Of a DNA stretch of 64,000 nucleotides, positions 56,068 to 64,000 are shown one piece after another. The notes below the pieces were generated by a model. That model had not been told where the DNA came from. It saw only the letters and a program-made list of their open reading frames with translations, and searched no databases. This DNA comes from an uncultured Candidatus Saccharibacteria bacterium (lineage in GTDB: Bacteria > Patescibacteriota > UBA1384 > DTJR01). The first letter of the stretch is position 1; every line of letters begins with the position of its first letter. The position numbers were made by a program, and so were the translations under genes. The DNA is taken from the NCBI GenBank assembly GCA_964487045.1, contig CAZAOT010000003.1, forward strand, positions 72,983-136,982. The letters are read 5' to 3'.

Positions 56068-59000
56068 ATTAGAAATAATTTTCTAGTTATTGTATTAGGT
56101 CTATCTTTTGTGGCATTTACTTCTTGTATTTCTGTTTCTCAAGCCGCAGCCGATGAAGATATAACAATTTCTTCAAATACTACCTGGGTTGCTGGGACAT
56201 ATACTTATAGAGATATCACTGTCACCAACAATGCAACATTAACTCTAGGTGGAACTTATACAACCGATACCAACGGTACGGGTGTAATTATTAATGCTAG
56301 GAGCGTTACTGTAAATTCAGGCTCTACAATCTCCGCTACCGGTCAGGGTTATGCTGCTAATGCTGGAATTGGTAAGGGAACGAATGTTAGTGCTTATGGC
56401 GGCGGCGGCAGCCACGCTAACAATGGTGGAAATCATGCTATTGGCTCTGGTGGTGGTACTACTTTATACGGCTCAACAACTGCTCCGACAACACTCGGCT
56501 CTGGCGGCGGAAATGGAGGAGCAGGTGGAGGGGCGATTCAGCTTAATTTATCTGGAAATTTATCTCTTGCTGGGAATATATACGCAAAAGGAAATAATGG
56601 TGGCACTAATACTGGTTCAGGTGCTGGCGGTTCAATTTATATAAGCGCTGTCGATTTATCTGGCGCTGGAAATATTAGTGTTAATGGGGGTAGCTCAGGA
56701 TCAGGTGGCGGCGGCGGTAGCGGCGGAAGAATTATGATTTATCACACAGGAACAAATTCTTTAACTGATGGTAACATTACAGCCGCTGGCGGAACTGGTT
56801 ACGCATCTGGCGGAGTTGGTTCTAAGCTGATCTATAACAAGACAACTAAAGACGTAACAATTGCTTCTGATATTACAATCGATTCGACAATGGGAATTGA
56901 TGAAAATGGAGACCCATCAACAGACGGAATATTTCACTTTAATGATTTAACTATTAATAATAATGCAAACCTATATTCAAAAGCTTATTACACTACTGAC
57001 ACAAACGGAACAGGTATTGAGCTAAGTTTGACTGGCGACTTGAATGTTGCCTCTGGGGCAAAAATTAATGGTATCGGTAAGGGTTATGCCTATCAGGCAG
57101 GGGACGGAAAGCCTACTGGAGTAAGCAATACTTATGGCGGAGGTGGAGCTCACGGGGGTAATGGTGGACGTGGCGATCCTGCTGGAAGCGGCGGAACAAA
57201 ATACGATTCAACCCTTTTTCCTGTAAAACCTGGGAGTGGAGGTTACACTACTCGTGGAGGTGCAGGAGGAAGTGCAGTTAAGATCACGGCAAGTGCGATA
57301 ACGGTAGATGGCTCGATCGACCAATCTGGCGCGGTTGTTGTGGCGAATGCTTCAAATAACGGTGGTGGTGGTGCTGGTGGATCGGTATATGTTGTTGCTG
57401 ACTCGCTTTCTGGTGCTGGTACGATCAAAGCTGATGGGACAAATGGTTATGGATATAGTGGCGGTGGCGGTGGAGGAAGGATTGCGATTTATGCTGACAC
57501 TTCCGGATTTAATACTAACAATATAACTGCAGCCAAGGGTATCAAGGGTGGATCTGGTCTTTCTGCTGATGGAGATGTCGGGACTATCTTTTTATACGAT
57601 ACTGCATCCGGAAATGTTTCAGCTTCAAGCGATGTAACTTTTAATGCGGATCAAGGTGTGAGTCGTGATGGTTCAGCTAGAACTGACGGAGTTTTTTATT
57701 TTAATAATTTGACTGTTACGAATAATGCTACTGTGACAATTGGTGGTTACTATACCGATGACACTAATGGTCGCGGAGTAACTATAAATCTCGATGGAAG
57801 CTTAACGATAGATTCTGGATCAACTGTAACAGCAAGCGGACAGGGATACACGGCTGGAGCTGGTCCGGGCAAGGGTTCGGGAGGTTCTTCTACTTCTGGA
57901 TCAGGTGGTAGCTATGGAGGTGTCGGCGGCCAGTCGTACAACAACAACTTAGCCCCAGCGGTTTACGGTACCACCGAAGCTAATTTTCCTTATAAACTTG
58001 GTTCAAGTGGCGGCGCTGGTGATCAGGTCACGGGCCCTGCAGGCGGAGGGGCGGTGACATTCCGTGTTCTGGGAAATATTGTAAATAACGGAACTATTTC
58101 TGCTGACGGCTCAGTTGCTAAGGCCAGTCCAATTCCGGGTTGGTACACTGGGGGTGGATCTGGAGGAAGCGTCTTTCTTGTTTGTAACACCCTATCTGGC
58201 AGTGGAACGATAACCGCTAAAGGTGGCAATGGTGCAGGAACTGATTATGGATCTGGTGGCGGTGGAGGAGGAAGAATATCAGTTGTTTATTCAACTAGTC
58301 AAAATATCGCACTAGGAAACTTCTCAGCATCAGGCGGCACTGGCGGTGGCGGAGTATCTAACCGAAATGGAGCAGAAGGATCTGTTAACATTACGCAGAA
58401 AGTGTTGCCTGCCGCTGAATTTACTTTAAAAAATCCTAATAATGATTCAACCCAATTCACTAACACAGAGAACGTAGAAATTGTGCCGACTGATGAGACT
58501 GTCGAAAAATATAAGGAAGCCGCGTCAGTAAATGAATTAGTCCCTGCGTTTTACGCCGACGGTTGGGCAAATATCACGGATGGTAAGGATGTTGGAGCTT
58601 CAGAGGGGGCAAAAACTGTTAGAGCATGGTTTAAAGATTCAAATGAATTAATCTCGAGCTCTGTGGGAAGCGCTACAATTACGCTTGATAAAACTCAACC
58701 AGATATTACGATCTCAAATAATAATCAGTCAGTTTCAAATGCTTCAACTACAGTTCAGCTTGATTTATCCGATAATACTTCCGGAATAGATTACCTATTG
58801 ATCAATGGTCAAAGAGTTGAGGTTAGTGCTCTATCCATTGTTTCCAGGGTTCAACCCTCAAGTATAAAAGCCTATGCTGATAATATTACTTACGAGGCAA
58901 CCGTCTCTCTTGCTGAAGGAGAAAATTCAATTCCAATTGTTGTATATGATAAAGCTGGCAATTCTACTCAAACTACATTTATCGCGACAAGGACGACCCC

Positions 59001-59367
59001 AGTTGTCCCTTCGCCTACGCCAACTCCAGTTAACTCCAGCTTGCCTTCTAGCTCGGCTACCTCGACAGCATCTTCATCCGGTGAATCTTCATCAAGCGTA
59101 ACTGCCAGTGGCTCATCTACAGATTCGTCTGAAACCACAGAAGCTGAAGCTGGTGAAGGACTTATGTCATCTTTAGCCGAAAACATACAATCAGCGACAG
59201 AAAAAATTGCTGATGCCCTCAACCCATTTTCAAATAAATCTAGCATTGATGAGTCTGAAAATTCTGGATTGGAAAAATCTCCTTATTCTTCTCTAAAAAT
59301 CATTATTCTCATCATTCTTATGTTAACTGTTATCTTTAGCTACTTTGTCTTGAAGAATAAAAAGTAG
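56068..59367 (+). CDS. very large secreted Gly-rich beta-helix-repeat surface protein with C-terminal TM anchor; start probably non-canonical
   Basis: Three ~250-aa modules (TLGG.YTTDTNG.GV.IN...GQGY..AGAGPGKG...GGGG). A TS/P-rich linker and terminal hydrophobic helix. The in-frame upstream stretch KIRNNFLVIVLGLSFVAFTSCISVSQAAA looks like a signal peptide. It follows TAAGGAGGG, with ATT at 56068 or GTG at 56110. Confidence 0.65.
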   Translation: MRNNFLVIVLGLSFVAFTSCISVSQAAADEDITISSNTTWVAGTYTYRDITVTNNATLTLGGTYTTDTNGTGVIINARSVTVNSGSTISATGQGYAANAGIGKGTNVSAYGGGGSHANNGGNHAIGSGGGTTLYGSTTAPTTLGSGGGNGGAGGGAIQLNLSGNLSLAGNIYAKGNNGGTNTGSGAGGSIYISAVDLSGAGNISVNGGSSGSGGGGGSGGRIMIYHTGTNSLTDGNITAAGGTGYASGGVGSKLIYNKTTKDVTIASDITIDSTMGIDENGDPSTDGIFHFNDLTINNNANLYSKAYYTTDTNGTGIELSLTGDLNVASGAKINGIGKGYAYQAGDGKPTGVSNTYGGGGAHGGNGGRGDPAGSGGTKYDSTLFPVKPGSGGYTTRGGAGGSAVKITASAITVDGSIDQSGAVVVANASNNGGGGAGGSVYVVADSLSGAGTIKADGTNGYGYSGGGGGGRIAIYADTSGFNTNNITAAKGIKGGSGLSADGDVGTIFLYDTASGNVSASSDVTFNADQGVSRDGSARTDGVFYFNNLTVTNNATVTIGGYYTDDTNGRGVTINLDGSLTIDSGSTVTASGQGYTAGAGPGKGSGGSSTSGSGGSYGGVGGQSYNNNLAPAVYGTTEANFPYKLGSSGGAGDQVTGPAGGGAVTFRVLGNIVNNGTISADGSVAKASPIPGWYTGGGSGGSVFLVCNTLSGSGTITAKGGNGAGTDYGSGGGGGGRISVVYSTSQNIALGNFSASGGTGGGGVSNRNGAEGSVNITQKVLPAAEFTLKNPNNDSTQFTNTENVEIVPTDETVEKYKEAASVNELVPAFYADGWANITDGKDVGASEGAKTVRAWFKDSNELISSSVGSATITLDKTQPDITISNNNQSVSNASTTVQLDLSDNTSGIDYLLINGQRVEVSALSIVSRVQPSSIKAYADNITYEATVSLAEGENSIPIVVYDKAGNSTQTTFIATRTTPVVPSPTPTPVNSSLPSSSATSTASSSGESSSSVTASGSSTDSSETTEAEAGEGLMSSLAENIQSATEKIADALNPFSNKSSIDESENSGLEKSPYSSLKIIILIILMLTVIFSYFVLKNKK

Positions 59368-59431
59368 TTTTTCTTATTTATTTTACGCAATAATCTGCTA
59401 AAATTATATTTCTAATTGTTTAGGAGAATAT

Positions 59432-60631
59432 ATGGAAATATTAAGAAACATGTGGCGAAGAAAATTCAGAACACTTTTGACGATTTTCGGGATTGTTATA
59501 GGAATTTTTGCTTTTACGGTGATGGGATCGATGGCGCTCAAGCTAAACAAAATGATAGATGGTGGAAAAAAATACGTAACCGGGCAGATTACCATTTCTC
59601 CTAAGGGTTCCGCTGGATATGGCGCTGCAACAGGAACACTGCCAATAGATACTATTAACAAAATTTCTCAAATAGATGGTGTGGATAAAATTGCTCCAAT
59701 GGCTTCCCTGTTGGTAGAAGAGCCAGACTTAGACAATCCGTCGATGAATTTTGGTGAGCCACCAACTATTTATGGTGAGGATCTTGAGTCTGGGTTTAAA
59801 AATCGCAACTGGGCGAATATGTCAATGAAATCTGGAAAGATGCTTGATAATAGTTCATCTGACAATGAGATTGCGATTGGGATAACTATCGCAACTGACA
59901 AAAAGCTTAATGTGGGTGATTCATATACAATCAGAGGCCGTGAATTTAAAGTAATCGGAATTGTGGATAAGACCATGACGGGTCCAGATAGTTATGTATT
60001 TATGAATATAACTCCTGCCAGGGAAATGCTGATTGAGTCAAGCCCATTTATGAAATCTCTTTACCAGGGCGGAAGGCTAAAGATGGAAGATGTTAACTCG
60101 ATGGCGGGTGTTTCTTGGAAGGACGGTTATGACTCCGAAAAGGTAGCCAATGACATAAAGGATCAGTTTGGTAAGGACGTAAGTGTTATGTCGCCGGTTA
60201 AAATGGGTGAAATGATAGATAAAGCATCTAGCACAATGAATGCAATTATACTTGGGTCAGCAATGCTGGCACTTATAGTTGGGCTTTTCTCGATCGTCAA
60301 CACGATGGTAATGAGTATTTCAGAAAGAACTAAGGAAATTGGTATCAAGAAAGCGATGGGTGCTTCACCTGCTTCGATTGCCTGGGAATATACGATGGAG
60401 GCCGGAGTTATAGGTTTAGTTGGAGGAGCGATCGGCATGGGCTTCGGAGTACTGGCTGCGACACTAGTTAATAATAAAATGGCTGAAAAAGGCGCAGAGA
60501 TATTTCTACTCGAGTCAAACTTTCTAATCGCTGTTGTAGCATTTTCGTTCGTGATAGGAATAATCGCAGGTGTGATTCCAGCAATAAGAGCTTCTCGGTT
60601 AAAGGTTGTAGAAGCAATTAGAGAACTCTAA
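59432..60631 (+). CDS. FtsX/MacB-type ABC transporter permease
   Basis: N-terminal TM, large periplasmic domain, C-terminal 3-TM FtsX domain. Confidence 0.8.
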   Translation: MEILRNMWRRKFRTLLTIFGIVIGIFAFTVMGSMALKLNKMIDGGKKYVTGQITISPKGSAGYGAATGTLPIDTINKISQIDGVDKIAPMASLLVEEPDLDNPSMNFGEPPTIYGEDLESGFKNRNWANMSMKSGKMLDNSSSDNEIAIGITIATDKKLNVGDSYTIRGREFKVIGIVDKTMTGPDSYVFMNITPAREMLIESSPFMKSLYQGGRLKMEDVNSMAGVSWKDGYDSEKVANDIKDQFGKDVSVMSPVKMGEMIDKASSTMNAIILGSAMLALIVGLFSIVNTMVMSISERTKEIGIKKAMGASPASIAWEYTMEAGVIGLVGGAIGMGFGVLAATLVNNKMAEKGAEIFLLESNFLIAVVAFSFVIGIIAGVIPAIRASRLKVVEAIREL

Positions 60632-60643
60632 ATAAGGAATATT

Positions 60644-61327
60644 ATGAATAAAATAATTGTTCAAGCAAAAAAGATTGAAAAGACCTACAAGATGTCTAAA
60701 AAGAATATCGTTAAGGCCCTTGATGGGGTTGACCTGGAAGTTTTAGAAGGAGATTTTTCGGCAATAATTGGTCCTTCTGGCTGTGGCAAGTCAACATTGA
60801 TGCATATCCTAGGACTCCTCGATCGACCCGACTCTGGTTCTCTGATTATCGACGGAGTTGATATGACTAAGCTACCAGAGAAAAAAGCTTATAAAATGAG
60901 AGCTAAAAAAATAGGATTTATTTTTCAAGGATTTAATCTTATCCCTACTCTGACAGCTCTTGAAAATGTTGTCTTGGCCGGAAGATATGGTGGTCTGAGA
61001 AAACGAGAAAGAACTAGCCGAGCCAAGGAGCTTTTAAAGATGCTGGGCTTAGAAGGTAGAATGAACCATAAGCCCAATGAGCTTTCAGGTGGGCAGCAAC
61101 AGAGAGTAGCTATTGCTAGGGCGCTTATGAATGACCCTGCTATTATTCTGGCTGATGAGCCTACAGGCGAACTTGATACCAAGACGTCGTTAGAGATTAT
61201 GGATATTCTAAAAAAATTAAATAAAGAAAAAAATAAGACATTCGTGATTGTTACTCACAATATGGAAGTAGCTGAATCTTGCAAAAAAATCATACGCTTG
61301 AGGGACGGCAAGAACGTCAGCAAATAA
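60644..61327 (+). CDS. ABC transporter ATP-binding protein (MacB/LolD-like)
   Basis: Walker A GPSGCGKST, signature LSGGQQQRVAIARAL, Walker B ILADEPTGELD. Confidence 0.9.
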   Translation: MNKIIVQAKKIEKTYKMSKKNIVKALDGVDLEVLEGDFSAIIGPSGCGKSTLMHILGLLDRPDSGSLIIDGVDMTKLPEKKAYKMRAKKIGFIFQGFNLIPTLTALENVVLAGRYGGLRKRERTSRAKELLKMLGLEGRMNHKPNELSGGQQQRVAIARALMNDPAIILADEPTGELDTKTSLEIMDILKKLNKEKNKTFVIVTHNMEVAESCKKIIRLRDGKNVSK

Positions 61328-61338
61328 GGAAGAATAAT

Positions 61339-61686
61339 ATGATCGACCTACATAGTGCGATCCTCTACTCAAAAGATATAAAAAAGATAGTAGATTTCTA
61401 TCAAAATAAACTAGGTCTAGAGTTAGAATATAACGAAAATGATTATTTCGTGTCATTTATTTTTCCATCAGGCGGAAGGTTGGGCATTAGGCAGGAAAAG
61501 GGCGAGCGAGAAAAGGCTGGACACCAAACGGTCTTTTTGAGAGTTGAAAATATCGATGATTACTATAAAAAGATATCCCAAAGTGGGGAATACAATATCT
61601 ATCGTAAATTAGAAAAACATTCTTGGGGCAAAGCTTTCGCAATCCTTGATCCAGATCATAACAAAGTCGAATTTATCGAAAAATGA
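61339..61686 (+). CDS. VOC (glyoxalase/bleomycin-resistance) family protein
   Basis: Start at ATG 61339 after AAGGAAG (the track extended to 61279); beta-alpha-beta-beta-beta VOC pattern. Confidence 0.65.
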   Translation: MIDLHSAILYSKDIKKIVDFYQNKLGLELEYNENDYFVSFIFPSGGRLGIRQEKGEREKAGHQTVFLRVENIDDYYKKISQSGEYNIYRKLEKHSWGKAFAILDPDHNKVEFIEK

Positions 61687-62501
61687 GAAAAATTTATAAT
61701 AAGCTCATTAGAGATAATATTCCTGAGATTATTGCATCAAATGGCTCTACCCCAAAAATCCACAAGCTCAAGAAGTCGGAGTTTATCAGTGCACTCAAAC
61801 TAAAGCTTAGAGAAGAAGTGGATGAGCTTTTAGAGGCTAAGGGTGCTAATGAGATTATGAATGAGCTTACTGATATTTCAGAGGTTCTTGATACTATCCT
61901 AAAACTTAACAACATTTCTAAAAATAAATTGTACGGCGAGCAAAAACGAAAGAATGCGAAGCGGGGTGCTTTTGGCAAGCGTTTATTTTTAGAGTATGTA
62001 GATGAAGAAGAGGATATAGAAATTATCGATGTTATTGATAAAAACGACGAAGTTATTAAGAGTGTGCCTACAAATGAAATATATAAAAATAAATTATCTC
62101 ATCGGATCGTGCATGTGTTGATTTTTGATGAAAAGGATAGGCTAGCCTGCCAGGTCAGGTCTAAAGATAAGAGTTTCTGCCCAGGATGTATTTCTACATC
62201 AGTTGGTGGACACGTCCAGTCAGGAGAGTTACCCGAAGACGCCGCAAAAAGAGAAATGAAAGAAGAAATTGGTAAGTCGGGGAAACTTGAATTTATGTTT
62301 TCCGAGTGGTTCGAAGGAAGGGGCATAAAAAAGCTTCTTTATGTTTTTAGATCGAAAGTGAAGCCGCCCTTCAAATTAAATCCTAGAGAGGTTGAGTCGA
62401 TGAAACATCTATCTTATGATGAGATAGGCAAATTTAAAAATACAAAGATTCACCCGGAATTAAAATTTATTATTAATTTTTTAAAAGATGCCAAAAGTTA
62501 G
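61683..62501 (+). CDS. fusion: MazG/HisE-like NTP pyrophosphohydrolase domain + NUDIX hydrolase domain
   Basis: N-terminus KLIRDNIPEI...EEVDELLEA...ELTDISEVLDTI (MazG-like EExxE). C-terminal Nudix box GGHVQSGELPEDAAKREMKEEIG. Confidence 0.7.
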   Translation: MRKIYNKLIRDNIPEIIASNGSTPKIHKLKKSEFISALKLKLREEVDELLEAKGANEIMNELTDISEVLDTILKLNNISKNKLYGEQKRKNAKRGAFGKRLFLEYVDEEEDIEIIDVIDKNDEVIKSVPTNEIYKNKLSHRIVHVLIFDEKDRLACQVRSKDKSFCPGCISTSVGGHVQSGELPEDAAKREMKEEIGKSGKLEFMFSEWFEGRGIKKLLYVFRSKVKPPFKLNPREVESMKHLSYDEIGKFKNTKIHPELKFIINFLKDAKS

Positions 62502-62910
62502 AATATGCTCAGCTTGTCTGCTTGGCGTGAATTGCCGATATAATGGTAAGTGCAAGCCTTGCGAAAAAGTGATTGGTCTGGCAAAAAAAGAAATCTTGAT
62601 TCCTGTCTGTCCGGAAATACTAGGAGGTCAACCAACTCCCAGGCCTAATGCTGAGATTAAGGACGGGAAAGATAAAGTGTTTGAGCCAGATGGAACTGAT
62701 GTAACTGAGTTTTTTGAAAAAGGAGCTGAGGAAGTTTTGAAGATAGCAAAGCTGTATAATCGCTGTGAAGCAATCTTAAAACAACGCAGCCCTTCGTGCG
62801 GATCGGGCCAATTGAAGCAGATGGATGGTTCGATAATTAAAGGAGATGGAATTACTACGAGACTGCTTAAAAAGAATGGGATAAAAGTAATTTCCGAGGA
62901 AGATTTATGA
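62488..62910 (+). CDS. DUF523 (TudS-like) family protein
   Basis: ICSACLLGVNCRYNGK N-terminal Cys motif typical of DUF523. Confidence 0.7.
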   Translation: MPKVRICSACLLGVNCRYNGKCKPCEKVIGLAKKEILIPVCPEILGGQPTPRPNAEIKDGKDKVFEPDGTDVTEFFEKGAEEVLKIAKLYNRCEAILKQRSPSCGSGQLKQMDGSIIKGDGITTRLLKKNGIKVISEEDL

Positions 62911-63425
62911 AATTAATTTGCGAAATAACCAATAAGGAGGTTGGTGAGGTGAGTGAAGTTTCAAATAAACCTTGTCTTGATCGTCACGCGGCTAGGGCGA
63001 TACTTATAGATGAAGATAAGAAAGTTGCGATAATCGAAGCTAAAAATATTAAAATTCATAAAATTTTAGGCGGTGGAATAGAAGAGGGTGAGGACATTGA
63101 GCTAGCTTTAGAGCGTGAAATTATGGAAGAGTCAGGTTGTAAGGGCGAAGTTTTCGAAGAGGTGGGAACGATAATTGAGCATCGCACAAACAGAAACTTC
63201 AAACAAACCAATTATTGTTATCTTGCAAAATTAGTTGGTGAAAAAGGAACCCCGACATTCACCGATAAAGAAATTGAAGAAGGTTTTAAATTAGTTTGGA
63301 TTGATTTAGATGATGCCATTAAGCGTTTTGAGATGGATGATCCCGACCAGTATTCGGCTAAATTTCAGGGTTACCGCGACCGTATTTTTTTGCAGACAGC
63401 TAAGGAAATATTGGAAAAGCAATAA
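62907..63425 (+). CDS. NUDIX hydrolase
   Basis: Nudix box GGGIEEGEDIELALEREIMEESG. Confidence 0.8.
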   Translation: MKLICEITNKEVGEVSEVSNKPCLDRHAARAILIDEDKKVAIIEAKNIKIHKILGGGIEEGEDIELALEREIMEESGCKGEVFEEVGTIIEHRTNRNFKQTNYCYLAKLVGEKGTPTFTDKEIEEGFKLVWIDLDDAIKRFEMDDPDQYSAKFQGYRDRIFLQTAKEILEKQ

Positions 63426-64000
63426 TGAAGCTGATTATCGTTCGTCATGGTGAGACGCCGGATAATATAAATGATATTTCTCAAGGTCAAAGAGATACTA
63501 TTTTGACCGAAGAGGGGAGAAGACAGGCTGTAAAGCTTGGCGAAAGACTAAAAAATGAAAAAATTGATTTCATCTATTCGAGTGATCTTACTAGGACAAA
63601 ACAGACTCTTCAGGAAATTTTAAAATATCACGACTCCCCTGTTGTTTATGATCAGCTTCTTAGGGAGAGAGCAAATGGTCATTACGAAGGAGGGTCGCGA
63701 AAAATTTTTATTAAAGAAAGAGAAAATAGCGGAATGTCTAAACTCGAGTTTAAATCCCCTTCTGGTGAAAGTGTAAATGACATGCTTGAGAGGATAAAAA
63801 TATTTTGGCAGAGATTAGAAAAAGATCATAAGCAAGGAGAGTCGATACTTATCTGCTCGCATGCGCTTTGGATTAATACTTTTCTAGCTTTTATATTTGA
63901 TAAGGTTAGCGAAGAAGAGATTTTCAAACCCATTTCAAATTGTTCAGTTTCTATTGTAGAAGTATCGGGAAGTCCAAAATCGATTCTTTCTAATTGCGTA
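63425..64000 (+). CDS. histidine phosphatase (phosphoglycerate-mutase-like) family protein, 3' end outside window
   Basis: IIVRHGET catalytic His motif; TAATG overlap with the upstream gene; not in the ORF track because it has no in-window stop. Confidence 0.75.
   Translation, partial: MKLIIVRHGETPDNINDISQGQRDTILTEEGRRQAVKLGERLKNEKIDFIYSSDLTRTKQTLQEILKYHDSPVVYDQLLRERANGHYEGGSRKIFIKERENSGMSKLEFKSPSGESVNDMLERIKIFWQRLEKDHKQGESILICSHALWINTFLAFIFDKVSEEEIFKPISNCSVSIVEVSGSPKSILSNCV

Noticed and set aside
1-64000. CRISPR arrays, rRNA genes, integrases or transposases
   Set aside because: No regularly spaced direct repeats, no rRNA-like conserved stretches and no recombinase or transposase motifs were seen on reading. 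The only RNA gene recognised is tRNA-Lys.

Overview
The window reads as low-G+C bacterial chromosome: small, tightly packed genes with strong AGGAGG-type ribosome-binding sites, a ComEC split into two genes, many glycosyltransferases and a minimal repair set. My guess is a Patescibacteria (CPR)-like genome, but that is inference from composition and gene content only.

Recognisable content:
- Core genes: deoC, typA/bipA, a grpE–pspC–liaF-like–dnaK–lipoprotein–dnaJ-like chaperone operon, yebC–ruvC, ruvA–recG, comEC and comEA, and tRNA-Lys(UUU).
- A roughly 13 kb nucleotide-sugar and glycosyltransferase cluster (GalT-like, GT4 x2, GT28-like, ManC, phosphohexomutase, HAD, SDR epimerase, DUF218 and a DUF218–HAD fusion). 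It is followed by two tandem paralogous secreted proteins with Thr/Ser-rich linkers and a GT-C-like membrane protein.
- A Nudix/MazG/VOC/DUF523 nucleotide-sanitation cluster, an FtsX–ABC pair downstream of a ~1100-aa Gly-rich repeat surface protein, a LysM–CHAP cell-wall hydrolase and a thioredoxin–DsbD fusion.

Structure the ORF track does not explain:
- The most unusual signal is a conserved ~67-nt element sitting exactly at the 5' ends of deoC and typA. In each case a diverged, in-frame duplicate of the gene's first 12–14 codons lies upstream, forming a small upstream ORF (uORF) translationally coupled to the real start. All 6 nucleotide differences in the typA duplicate are synonymous (over the 11 paired codons).
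- A family of 5' leaders (CTTCCGG – hairpin – GGAGCGGAGG) sits in front of three unrelated genes.
- A 12-nt motif, TCTCTAACGGGG, occurs four times in one divergent promoter region.
- An 18-bp palindrome brackets the tRNA-Lys segment.
- At least seven short G+C-rich islands, each with its own RBS and terminator, are embedded in AT-rich DNA. They include a three-gene cassette beside tRNA-Lys, an orphan response regulator, a dGTPase-like HD protein and a secreted Gly/Cys/Tyr-rich peptide.

No CRISPR array, rRNA, integrase or transposase was seen. One real gene at the window's left edge (minus strand, 1..1011) is missing from the ORF track because it runs off the window.
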